Positions 1 to 8,768 of a stretch of DNA of 47,183 nt are shown one piece after another. Location: contig CAYSEN010000002.1 in the NCBI GenBank assembly GCA_964430335.1, forward strand, positions 1 through 47,183, read 5' to 3'. Within the stretch, counting starts at the first letter, position 1, and each line of letters begins with the position of its first letter. A model generated the notes under the pieces. That model was given only the letters and a program-made list of their open reading frames with translations, was not told where the DNA came from and did no database searches. The translations under genes were made by a program, and so were the position numbers. The DNA comes from an uncultured Candidatus Saccharibacteria bacterium. Lineage in GTDB: Bacteria > Patescibacteriota > Minisyncoccia > Phycocordibacterales > SIBU01.

Positions 1-2984
1 GCGGTGGTTGAGGTTGCTGTAATGAAAGGTAGAGATAGAGATGAATATAGAGTAGAGGCAGACGCATCAAAGTTTCCTACTCCTGAAACTGACAAGATTG
101 AACCAGGAGATGTAGTACTAATACCTACGTTACCACCAGATAAAATAGTCATCTGTGGCAGTGATGTGGTACCAACCCCAGCGACAACGCCAAAATTAAG
201 TGTATGAAGTGACTGCAAGAAAGCGTTGGTACCAGTATCCCCAATATAAACTTTATTATTAGCACCGTTAAATCTGAATACGGCCCAATTATCACCAGCT
301 AATGTCGATCCGCTAGTGCCTGGTAAATTAAATCCTATTTGTCGGCTTGTATCACTACCTACCAAAATTGAACCATTGAGGACGTCATTAAAGGTACTGA
401 AGGCAACCGGAAATGTTGTGTTAGAAATATCTCTTATACCTAAAGTTGTAAATGGGCTTGATGTTCCAATTCCCAATTTTCCAGAAAAAGTCGATGTGGC
501 AATTGTTGAAGTTGCCGTAAAGTATGAACCAATGATGTTGTTACCTAAGATGTCGCCGGCGACAGAAAGTTTTTGACCGGGGGTGGTGGTGCCGATACCG
601 ACGTTACCAGCACTGTCAATCCTAACCCTTTCTAATCTAGCAGTAGAACCAATGGCAGTTGTCTCAAATGTAAGATAGGAGCCAATATCAGAACCAGGAG
701 CCCATGCACCTGAGGAGTAGGCATTAACAGCAGATGAGTTAAAGTTTGAAGAACCATTAGGAACAGAAAAGAATAGGCCTCCGAGTCTATCACCTGATGC
801 TGTAGGAAGTTGTGAACGAGATATAACTAGTCCCGCCCCGCCTGTACCTTCTCCTATTAACCTAGCTTGAGTGCCTGCTGAAGATTCTACTTCTAACAAA
901 AATTTCGGAGTAGTAGTTCCTATTCCTACATTACCTGTAAACCAAGCATTGCCCGAAGAGATGGCCGTAGTAGAAGCATAGTTTAGTACCGAAGCAACAC
1001 TTGTAGATGTAGCAGTAAAATATGAACCTATTACATTGTTACCTAAAATGTCTCCGGAAACTGAAAGTTTTTGACCGGGGGTGGTAGTGCCGATTCCTAT
1101 GTTTCCAGAAAAATATCCGTTGCCTATTACTTCCAAAGCTGAGAGCGTCGAAGTCGCACTAGCTCCGATCAAGACCTGATTTGAAGTTGTAGCTAATCTA
1201 ATTCCTGACTTATTAAAGAATGTCCAGTTCCCGTCAGATCCTCCACCAGAGCCAGAACCTACAGCTGCACCATTGTAGTAAAGCTGCCCACCAAAACTAT
1301 ACAATCTGTTTGTGCTAACAGCAGGAGCAGAATCCGCCAAAAATATTGGACCAGTTACTGATAAGGTGTCTGTAGGTGAACTTGTACCAACACCAACACG
1401 GCTGTTTATTGAATCTACATACAGTACTCCTGAATTAAAACTAACATCTCCGCTTAAGGTAGATGTACCTGTACCTGATACGGTTAGCTGACCATTTGTT
1501 GAAAGACTACCTGAAAAAGTGGCGTTATTTATTGTCGGATTAGTAAATGTTCCACCAGTTGAGGTCGGATTTTCTAGAGTTGTATTTCTTAAGAAATCTA
1601 TTTTTTGGCTTGGAGAAGAAACATTATTGTAAACATTGTTTATGTAGGTACCGTTTGCAGCGGTGGCATTTGATACGTTGTAAATTTTTAATGAAAGCGC
1701 TTCGTTTAATTTATTTAATTTTGAATTTACTTCATCTTCAGTAACTCCGTTGTAAATAAAATTCTGGACTGGGTTATTTGTAATTGTCCTTTCGATAACC
1801 GTTGGAGCGACGTTAGTGTTGGAAATTGCAACAACTTTATTTGATTGAATTGTATTATTAGATCCACCTAAGTTTTTATTGATCTTATTTTCGACTGACT
1901 CATTTTTTACCAAAACAGTTGATGACTTTGGTTTAAACAGTGTGGCGATACTTGTGCCAACTTTTGAGAATAAACTATTCACTTTATCGTAAACATTAAC
2001 AGCCAGACTGTCGACACCTTTTTTTAGATCAGCAGGATTTGATGACACCGCACTTCCTAGAAGACTTTCGGAAATTTCATTTACATAACTTGTACCCTTA
2101 AATGCAAAGTCAGAAACGGTTCGAGTGAAATTTGCTATGTCGAGGGGATGATTTACATTAACGCCTCTTATTGGATTTTTTGGACCATCTGAGATACCGC
2201 CAAAAGCGAGAGTGGTGTTATCGTAAATTCCTACCAAGTTCTTGGAAATAACTTGTGCACCTGTCTCCAAATATTTTGGAGAGTTGAGCGAAAGATTTTT
2301 AATGGTGTTTGGTAAAAGTTTTAGATTGAGAGAAAAATCTTTACTAAAATCTTTCACAAAGCCGAGCATCTTTGCCTGCGCCATATTTGCAAAATTTGTT
2401 TGACTAACAAAAAAAGTTCCAAAAACTAGAAAGAAAGAAAAAGATAGAGCGCCGACTTTGTTTATAAAATCTCTGTTTATTACATTTTTGTAAACTTTAA
2501 CAGGTTTAAGTTTTGGCTGTGTCTTGCGTTCAGTTTTATTTTCATTTTTTCTATCACCAACACTTTGTACCAAAACTGATTCAGAAACTTTCTTAGCAAC
2601 ATTTTTTAAAACAGGGATAGTTGGTGCGTTATCAATACTGACAAACTTATTTGAAATTGAGACCACTTTTTTAGATTCAGAGTTTACCCGATCAGCCACC
2701 GGTACGGTCTTTTGTACAGAATTAGAAACCGACTGGGTCAAACCGTTCAAAGCATCATCACCCGAAATCATCCTCAAAACCTTAGAAGCACTTTGTCTAG
2801 CACTTTCCTCCTTATGAGCCATTAAGGAATCTACAGAAACAAACCATGACCTACCTACCATCTTGCACTCAAGCTTGCCACCTCTACAGAGCTGTCCAAC
2901 ATAGTCACTAGTATAACCAGCAAGCTTAGCAGCTTCCCTTGCAGATATGAATTTTTTTCCTTCAAAATTTAGTCCGTCCGACAT
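1..2984 (-). CDS. Giant surface protein (3' end lies beyond the window). Order of parts: N-terminal excisionase/MerR-type HTH, one TM segment, then a tail-fibre-like repeat region.
   Basis: The ATG is the complement of 2982-2984. I checked the minus frame by hand (plus-strand triplets starting at positions divisible by 3) in six separate 60-nt stretches and read it through, finding no stop down to position 1. The translation starts MSDGLNFEGKKFISAREAAKLAGYTSDYVGQLCRGGKLECKMVGRSWFV, which is HTH_17-like. A hydrophobic segment ALSFSFFLVFGTFFV lies near nt 2400-2460. The rest is G/T/S/N-rich with at least 6 copies of the motif [NKR]-[VIL]-G-[IV]-[GS]-T-[TS]-[TS]-P. It is absent from the ORF track because there is no in-window stop. 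Confidence 0.8.
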   Translation of the reverse strand, partial: MSDGLNFEGKKFISAREAAKLAGYTSDYVGQLCRGGKLECKMVGRSWFVSVDSLMAHKEESARQSASKVLRMISGDDALNGLTQSVSNSVQKTVPVADRVNSESKKVVSISNKFVSIDNAPTIPVLKNVAKKVSESVLVQSVGDRKNENKTERKTQPKLKPVKVYKNVINRDFINKVGALSFSFFLVFGTFFVSQTNFANMAQAKMLGFVKDFSKDFSLNLKLLPNTIKNLSLNSPKYLETGAQVISKNLVGIYDNTTLAFGGISDGPKNPIRGVNVNHPLDIANFTRTVSDFAFKGTSYVNEISESLLGSAVSSNPADLKKGVDSLAVNVYDKVNSLFSKVGTSIATLFKPKSSTVLVKNESVENKINKNLGGSNNTIQSNKVVAISNTNVAPTVIERTITNNPVQNFIYNGVTEDEVNSKLNKLNEALSLKIYNVSNATAANGTYINNVYNNVSSPSQKIDFLRNTTLENPTSTGGTFTNPTINNATFSGSLSTNGQLTVSGTGTSTLSGDVSFNSGVLYVDSINSRVGVGTSSPTDTLSVTGPIFLADSAPAVSTNRLYSFGGQLYYNGAAVGSGSGGGSDGNWTFFNKSGIRLATTSNQVLIGASATSTLSALEVIGNGYFSGNIGIGTTTPGQKLSVSGDILGNNVIGSYFTATSTSVASVLNYASTTAISSGNAWFTGNVGIGTTTPKFLLEVESSAGTQARLIGEGTGGAGLVISRSQLPTASGDRLGGLFFSVPNGSSNFNSSAVNAYSSGAWAPGSDIGSYLTFETTAIGSTARLERVRIDSAGNVGIGTTTPGQKLSVAGDILGNNIIGSYFTATSTIATSTFSGKLGIGTSSPFTTLGIRDISNTTFPVAFSTFNDVLNGSILVGSDTSRQIGFNLPGTSGSTLAGDNWAVFRFNGANNKVYIGDTGTNAFLQSLHTLNFGVVAGVGTTSLPQMTILSGGNVGISTTSPGSILSVSGVGNFDASASTLYSSLSLPFITATSTT
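517..1105 (-). repeat. Intragenic direct repeat (module period about 499 nt / 166 aa) inside the giant surface protein gene
   Basis: About 100 nt at 505-617 and 1003-1115 align at roughly 80% identity. An example block is ttacctaaRatgtcNccgg...gaaagtttttgaccgggggtggtRgtgccgat. The two copies encode N[VI]GIGTTTPGQKLSV[AS]GDILGNN[IV]IGSYFTATST. Confidence 0.85.
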
Positions 2985-3661
2985 AGAAATATTTATAATA
3001 ATTATAATTCATCTCGGCACCCAAACCTACGAAAAAATGTGGATAACAAAGCAAATCTCGGCAAAACGAGAAGACTAAAAAATTTCACATTGCGTGTAAA
3101 ACTAAACCAAAGACACGCACACAAAAAATTGATAAATATATTGACGCAACCAATAACCTCAGCCGAACAGAAAGGCTGGCATGTAGCGAACCTCAAACCA
3201 ACAAAACTCAAACAATCTAAAACGTACGAAATCCCTAATAAACTTACATACAGAGCAAAAAGGTAAGCGTAAAATTACCGGCAATTCCTGATAGGAATGG
3301 AAGAGAAGCCTCATGTATACCAAAAGACAAATCAGAAGCAATAAAATCAGGGCAAACAAAAAGTGAAAGCACGAGTCATAATGCGTACAATCAAACAATA
3401 AGGCCACAGTGATTTACTGGTCCTAAGAGTGAACTTAAATTTACGTTGATAAATAAGGACATCTCGGATAAGCGAGAGGCTATCTCGGATGGTATTTTGC
3501 AGTTTTTTTGATTACTTTTTTTGATTTTTGAACTACGTTGCTTGCAGCTTGTTCACTTCAAGATATTTGAAATTGAATTTCGTCTGACGTAAAAAGTCGT
3601 CAACGATCTTGATTCTATTTTTTTACATTTAGTGTTTCACATACGAAAAATCGGTATCTTA

Positions 3662-3704
3662 CCTCCCACTAACTGCAACACTCAGTGTTGCAGTTAGTGG
3701 GAGG
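3662..3704. repeat. Perfect inverted repeat (21-nt arms around a single central base), 21 nt upstream of the Y1-transposase-like ORF
   Basis: The sequence is cctcccactaactgcaacact-c-agtgttgcagttagtgggagg, and the arms are exact reverse complements. No T-tract follows, so it does not look like a simple terminator. Confidence 0.9.
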
Positions 3705-3725
3705 ATTTAATACAATTATCACACC

Positions 3726-4400
3726 ATGCGTAACTTAGAAATTTCAGTCGGAGAGCACTACCACGTGTACAACAGAGGGGTAAATCGGGACCCTATTTTT
3801 ATCGATGATACGGACCGAACCAGGTTTCTATTTTTACTACTTCACAACCAATCTGACGCAAGAATTTTTAATGCAGAAAGGAACACTGAATCATTTCAAA
3901 AGTACAAATCATTTCTTCCCTACCGAAAAACTATTTCCAAAATAATTTCTAGGCGAACAGTTGAATTAGTAAACTTTGCGATCCTTGGAAATCATTTTCA
4001 CCTAACCCTGAAAGAGATAAGTGAAAACGGAATTTCAAAATACATGCACAGAGTACTAATGTCATATTCAAAATATTTCAACGCAAAGTACAAAAGAACC
4101 GGCCATGTGTTTGAAGGGTCGTTTAAAATTATTCACGTTGAAAGCAACGAGCAACTCTTACACCTCTCAGCCTACATTCATAAGAATCCGAAAGAGATAC
4201 CGAAGTGGCACGGAAAGGAGTTTGAGTACCCTTGGTCGAGTTTGGGAGACTATGTAGGGACCAACCGTTTTCATGAGCTTTTAATGCCCGACATCGTCCT
4301 AGGCCAGTTTTCTTCAAAAGATGATTACAGAAAGTTCGTTGAAACCAGTAAGGCCAAGGAGGTTGAAGAGGTGGTAAATAGTGATAATTTTTTCAAATAA
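3726..4400 (+). CDS. IS200/IS605-type Y1 (HUH) transposase-like protein, REP-associated tyrosine transposase (RayT)-like
   Basis: The N-terminus HYHVYNRGVNRDPIF, the HUH motif in LGNHFHLTL, GHVFEGSFK, a Tyr-containing helix SAYIHKNP and YPWSS together match the COG1943/Y1_Tnp pattern from memory. Confidence 0.7.
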   Translation: MRNLEISVGEHYHVYNRGVNRDPIFIDDTDRTRFLFLLLHNQSDARIFNAERNTESFQKYKSFLPYRKTISKIISRRTVELVNFAILGNHFHLTLKEISENGISKYMHRVLMSYSKYFNAKYKRTGHVFEGSFKIIHVESNEQLLHLSAYIHKNPKEIPKWHGKEFEYPWSSLGDYVGTNRFHELLMPDIVLGQFSSKDDYRKFVETSKAKEVEEVVNSDNFFK

Positions 4401-4430
4401 AAAGACCTTCGGAATTCCGAAGGTCTTTTT
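4401..4430. terminator. Bidirectional rho-independent terminator between convergent genes
   Basis: Stem aaagaccttcgg, loop aatt, stem ccgaaggtcttt. An A-run precedes it and a T-run follows. It lies between the stops at 4400 (+) and 4445 (-). Confidence 0.85.
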
Positions 4431-4444
4431 ATAGATCATGAATC

Positions 4445-5896
4445 TTATATAAGTTCTTTAATAATTTTTGAAAGCATTTCTGGATTTGCTGAACCTTTTG
4501 TTGCTTTCATTCCTTGACCTATCAAGAACTGAAGCGATGCCTCCTTCCCTGCTTTATAGTCTGCTGCAACTTTTTCGTTGGCAGACAAAACGTTTTTAAC
4601 GATTTCTTTTAAGGCTCCTTCGTCGCTCTTTTGGATCAAGCCATTTTTATCAGCTACATCATTTGGCTCGCCTCCATCTTTATATATTATTGCCAAAACA
4701 TCTTTAGCACCTCGTGAGGATAGTTTCCCTTGAGAAACTAATCTAACAAGCTCAGCAAAATTCTTAGCTGGAATTTTTGATACCACACCCGAGAATTTAT
4801 CTTCCCAAGAATCACTGAAATCTTTTTTCATGAGTCCGATCAGGTCTGATGTAATGTAGTTTATGAGAGTTTTAGAAAACTTTGCATCACGTTTCAACTC
4901 AGCAAAAGTGGCATCTAGATAGTCGCACAGAGGAATCACGCGAACAAATATTTCCTTAGTATCTTCAGTGATATTCGCACCAAAATCTTTTTTCAGTCTC
5001 TCCCTAACTTCCCAAGGAAGTTCGGGCATTGTGTTCTTAAGGACTTCAGTTGACAGCTCTGAGATTTCCGAAATTTTCAACTTAGGCAAATCTGGATCTG
5101 GGAAATAGCGGTAGTCATGAGACTCCTCCTTCATTCTCTGTGAATATGTCTGCTGTTTTCCATCATCCCAACCTCTGGTTTCTTGTATGACCTTTTCCCC
5201 AGACTCAATTAAATCTATCTGGCGCTTTAGTTCGTATTCAATAGCTCTTTCAACAGATTTGAACGAATTTAGGTTCTTAACTTCAACCTTGGTACCGAAT
5301 TTATCTGTATCACTAACGGAAATGTTTGCCTCTACTCTCATTTCCCCCTTCTCCATGTTGGCATCGGATACACCAAGATAACGTAGAGTCATTTGCAATT
5401 CGCGGGCAAATTTACCGGCTTCGGATGCGCTGTGTATGACTGGTTCAGTAACCAACTCCATAAGTGGTAGCCCTGCGCGATTAAAATCAACCAAGCTATA
5501 ATCCCCTTCCTCGTGTCCTGACCTAGCAGTATCCTCCTCTAGGTGAATTCTGGTTAGTTGTACGCCAGCAAGTTCCCCACCCGATACTAGCGGGTATTTG
5601 TACTGGCTTAATTGGTAACCCTTTGGAATATCAGGGTAAAAGTAGTTTTTGCGATCAAACTCAGTAAAATCTGCCAGCTTTCCGTTTACAGCAATGCCTA
5701 CACGAAGCACATGCTTAACCGCCTCTTTGTTTATAACAGGAAGAGTGCCGGGATGCCCCATACAGATTGGACAGATATTTACGTTTGGTCTTTCTTCTTC
5801 AGGATCATTCTTTGAGTTACAAAACATCTTTGTGAGAGTCTTCAGCTCAGCATGAATTTCAAGACCAATGGTTGGTTTGTATTTGGTATCGCTCAT
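4445..5896 (-). CDS. gatB: Asp-tRNA(Asn)/Glu-tRNA(Gln) amidotransferase subunit B
   Basis: N-terminus YKPTIGLEIHAELKTLTKMFC...NVNICPICMGHPGTLPV plus a C-terminal GatB/YqeY-like tail. The 483 aa length is typical. Confidence 0.95.
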   Translation of the reverse strand: MSDTKYKPTIGLEIHAELKTLTKMFCNSKNDPEEERPNVNICPICMGHPGTLPVINKEAVKHVLRVGIAVNGKLADFTEFDRKNYFYPDIPKGYQLSQYKYPLVSGGELAGVQLTRIHLEEDTARSGHEEGDYSLVDFNRAGLPLMELVTEPVIHSASEAGKFARELQMTLRYLGVSDANMEKGEMRVEANISVSDTDKFGTKVEVKNLNSFKSVERAIEYELKRQIDLIESGEKVIQETRGWDDGKQQTYSQRMKEESHDYRYFPDPDLPKLKISEISELSTEVLKNTMPELPWEVRERLKKDFGANITEDTKEIFVRVIPLCDYLDATFAELKRDAKFSKTLINYITSDLIGLMKKDFSDSWEDKFSGVVSKIPAKNFAELVRLVSQGKLSSRGAKDVLAIIYKDGGEPNDVADKNGLIQKSDEGALKEIVKNVLSANEKVAADYKAGKEASLQFLIGQGMKATKGSANPEMLSKIIKELI

Positions 5897-5955
5897 ATTT
5901 AGACCCTAATATACCGCAAAAAGGTAGAAGTATAAAGAGGTATTAGGGGGTTAAT

Positions 5956-6933
5956 TTATACTGAGTATTTCTTTAAGATTTCAGTCAAATCCCTCTTGAG
6001 AGACTTAATAGACTCAGTATCAATCACCGAGACAGTCAAAATGTTCTGACACTTTTTGCTTAATTTTTTCTGTTTTTTAGCAACTTCCTCGTCAGGTACC
6101 ATATCGGTTTTAGTCAAAATAATTACTTCTGGCTTGTCAGTAAGCTTCTCATTATAAGCCTTAAGCTCCTCGCGAATGGTTTTATACACTTCAAGAACAT
6201 CCTCGTTCTCTAGAGAAATACAGTGAAGCAAAACTTTGGTTCTTTCTATGTGCCTTAAAAATTGATGACCAAGGCCCTTACCTTCAGAAGCTCCTTCAAT
6301 AAGACCTGGAATGTCGGCCAAAATGTAGCCGTAAAAATCTCCGAGGTTGGGTTCCAAAGTAGTAAACTGGTAATTGCCAATTTTAGCAGTGGCATTTGTT
6401 AGCTCGTTTAACAAGGAAGACTTGCCTGCATTTGGCAATCCGATCAATCCTGCGTCTGCAACCAGTCTTAACTCTATGAAAAAATCAGCCTCCTCTCCTG
6501 GTTTACCTGGGGTCCATTCATAAGGACGAATATTTTTTGAACCCTTAAAATGCTCGTTACCATAACCACCTCTGCCTCCATTTAAAAGCAGAACCCTTTC
6601 GCCTTCCACGAGAAGCTCGACGGTCTTTTTTGTACTGAGGTTTGTAACAACAGAACCGACTGGTAGTAGAATTTCGCAATCATCTCCGTTTCTACCGTGC
6701 ATACTTTTACTTTTTCCGTTTTCACCTTTTTCAGCGCTAAATTCTTTTTCGTGACGATACTTTGCCAAAATACCAATATCTCTAACAGCTTTAACATAAA
6801 CGCTTCCACCGTTTCCGCCATCACCTCCAGCTGGTCCTCCGTACTCTTTTCCTTTTTCATGTAGCCAAGAGACAATTCCCCTGCCTCCATTGCCAGCCCT
6901 CATGTGAATTCTCATCTCGTCTACAAATGCCAT
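5956..6933 (-). CDS. obg: GTPase Obg/CgtA
   Basis: FVDEMRIHMRAGNGGRG...GGPAGGDGGNGGSVY is the Obg fold. The G domain shows GLPNAGKSSLL and DIPGLIEGA. Confidence 0.95.
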   Translation of the reverse strand: MAFVDEMRIHMRAGNGGRGIVSWLHEKGKEYGGPAGGDGGNGGSVYVKAVRDIGILAKYRHEKEFSAEKGENGKSKSMHGRNGDDCEILLPVGSVVTNLSTKKTVELLVEGERVLLLNGGRGGYGNEHFKGSKNIRPYEWTPGKPGEEADFFIELRLVADAGLIGLPNAGKSSLLNELTNATAKIGNYQFTTLEPNLGDFYGYILADIPGLIEGASEGKGLGHQFLRHIERTKVLLHCISLENEDVLEVYKTIREELKAYNEKLTDKPEVIILTKTDMVPDEEVAKKQKKLSKKCQNILTVSVIDTESIKSLKRDLTEILKKYSV

Positions 6934-6966
6934 AAAATTTATATTATTGTTAATTATTTATCTTTA

Positions 6967-7866
6967 TTAAAAACTCAAAGCCAAATTTGCTAACTTAATA
7001 GCGCCCTCTTTCGATTTAGCAACGGCCAAAAATCTACCGTTGTGACAAAAAACCGCATCTGGTACGCCAGTTATATCTGACAAAGCGCCGTCTCTTTTAC
7101 CTGCCCAGGCTTCAGGCAAATCTTTTCTGTTTTTAAAGAGTGAGTTGTCATCGCGAATGGCTTTAACATTCCACAAACCGTCAGCACGCAAGGTCACTGA
7201 AAAAACTGGTTCTGGAAATTTAGCTAAAACTTTTTCGCTTGGGTAAAATTTATCTAACACGATTATTCTCTTATCCTGCGACTGATCGTAAGCTTCTTTT
7301 ACAAAAACCTCTGCTAAAAATCTGGCCTTACATTGAACGATTTCTCGTTTTAGTAATTGTTTAGCAACAGCAACCGCGTCGTTAAATCTCTCATTTACAG
7401 AGCTCATTTCTTCCTGCCATGTTGGTCTAAGACTGTAGATAAAATCATCGATCAAATACGGCGCAACATCAGGGATATTTTTTTTATAAATATCCTGACC
7501 ATTATCTCCTGCATCTATGGAAGATACCAAAGCGGTATCCAACATTTTGGCGACCTCTGTGCTTCCGCATAGTAGCGCTCCATATTTTTTCCATACCAGA
7601 CCAAATGAAGCGTATTTTATGCCAGTATCTAGCCTTTGACCTGCACCGCCCTCTTGATGATGATCAAATCGCTCTTTAGATTCATCGTAAACACTGCCAA
7701 CATCAACAACAAAATCAGCCTTATTTATCAAGGTTTCTTCACGGCTTCTAACAATTTTTGCAAAGACAGGTTTATCCTCAAGTACCAATAGCAAAGTGGC
7801 TACTGAAAAAACATCATCAGGATGAAACATGCCGTCGTGTGTGGCAATAATTACATTCTTATCCAT
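6967..7866 (-). CDS. MYG1/UPF0160 family metal-dependent hydrolase
   Basis: The N-terminal THDGMFHPDDV motif and an HHQ motif match the MYG1 family from memory. Length about 300 aa. Confidence 0.7.
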   Translation of the reverse strand: MDKNVIIATHDGMFHPDDVFSVATLLLVLEDKPVFAKIVRSREETLINKADFVVDVGSVYDESKERFDHHQEGGAGQRLDTGIKYASFGLVWKKYGALLCGSTEVAKMLDTALVSSIDAGDNGQDIYKKNIPDVAPYLIDDFIYSLRPTWQEEMSSVNERFNDAVAVAKQLLKREIVQCKARFLAEVFVKEAYDQSQDKRIIVLDKFYPSEKVLAKFPEPVFSVTLRADGLWNVKAIRDDNSLFKNRKDLPEAWAGKRDGALSDITGVPDAVFCHNGRFLAVAKSKEGAIKLANLALSF

Positions 7867-7911
7867 ACGTTTAAGAGTGTAGCAAAAATAGAGAAAAATG
7901 CCTAAATTTAT

Positions 7912-8331
7912 TTATGACACAATCTTACCCTTTACCAGAAAACCCCTCATACTTTTTGCACCATAATATGCTGAAATAAGAAACATTAGAGCCAAAACCT
8001 GATTGACTACAAAGAAGCCGGTATCTAGATTTGAGTAAATATTTCTATAAGAGACCACTGCTTGATATTCGAAAATAACCGTTGCTAGAAAAGAGATGAT
8101 TAGATTAAAAACTGTTACCCATCTTACCAGTGGGTTTAGGATACCTGCACCAAATATCACCAAAATTATTGAAACGATTGACCATGTCATTCCGAAAGGA
8201 ATCATGTCCGAAAAAATAGGTAAGGATACGAGCATAATAAGTCCAGCAAAGATAAAAAGCTTTCTTACATGCATACCATAGTAGTGCTCTTCCTTTAAAT
8301 AACTTTTTGCCGAGTTGTAATCGGATTCCAT
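7912..8331 (-). CDS. Small integral membrane protein, unknown function
   Basis: 139 aa with about 4 hydrophobic spans. Its start overlaps the stop of the upstream gene at 8331. Confidence 0.5.
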   Translation of the reverse strand: MESDYNSAKSYLKEEHYYGMHVRKLFIFAGLIMLVSLPIFSDMIPFGMTWSIVSIILVIFGAGILNPLVRWVTVFNLIISFLATVIFEYQAVVSYRNIYSNLDTGFFVVNQVLALMFLISAYYGAKSMRGFLVKGKIVS

Positions 8332-8750
8332 TATTTTTTGTTTATATTTGCTTTTAAATCTTCTACTTCCTTAGTTAGATGGTCAACTTTTCTAAGAATT
8401 ACTTCCAAAATCTCTTCCTCCTCACGGACCTCTGACTCTGTTTTTTCCTCAACCTTCTTCTCATGTTTTAAGCCAGACATAATAATTCTATCTCCTATAA
8501 AGAAGGAGACAAAAAGCCCGGTACCAAGTAAAACCAAGATGCTTATTAGCAAAGAAACAGCTGGATCAAAAATAAATCCGATGAACGTACCATCGTATTG
8601 CCTATGCAACAAATCAGCTAAATCCCAAATTCCTCTCCAAAACAGCACAATAGATATTGCACCAAGCAAGGCGTAAAAAATTGGAACCAAACTTAGGCCC
8701 TGTCTAATCTTGTCCTCCAACCTATCTAGAAATTTAACAAACTTCAACAT
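8331..8750 (-). CDS. Membrane protein with acidic coiled-coil C-terminus, unknown function
   Basis: 139 aa with two hydrophobic spans, then EKKVEEKTESEVREEEEILEV...VEDLKANINKK. Confidence 0.5.
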   Translation of the reverse strand: MLKFVKFLDRLEDKIRQGLSLVPIFYALLGAISIVLFWRGIWDLADLLHRQYDGTFIGFIFDPAVSLLISILVLLGTGLFVSFFIGDRIIMSGLKHEKKVEEKTESEVREEEEILEVILRKVDHLTKEVEDLKANINKK

Positions 8751-8768
8751 ACCAATATATTAACACGT

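Noticed and set aside
1-1500. Tail-fibre-like repeats as evidence of a prophage, or the ~500-nt periodic repeat as a CRISPR-like array.
   Set aside because: No capsid, terminase, portal, integrase or lysis genes lie nearby. The repeats are in frame within one large CDS, are about 100 nt long and only about 80% identical. They do not resemble short identical CRISPR repeats with unique spacers.
4-2817. Plus-strand track ORFs (4-207, 316-576, 1547-1744, 2524-2817) in the first 3 kb.
   Set aside because: All lie antisense inside one continuous minus-strand reading frame that starts at 2984 and has coherent domain and repeat structure. The plus-strand products look like mirror-frame artefacts.
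3002-3407. Track ORFs in the long intergenic region (3002-3211 minus, 3039-3266 plus, 3159-3407 minus).
   Set aside because: Their compositions (poly-basic on the plus strand, Phe/Leu/Cys-rich on the minus strand) simply mirror the strong A+C / G+T strand skew. They have no start context or motifs. They are kept only as part of the non-coding-region finding.
3662-3704. The 43-nt perfect palindrome as a rho-independent terminator for upstream transcription.
   Set aside because: No U/T tract follows on either strand (ggaggatttaat on one side, ggtaagataccg on the other). No convergent gene ends nearby. Its position directly in front of a Y1 transposase-like gene fits a protein- or ssDNA-recognition hairpin better.
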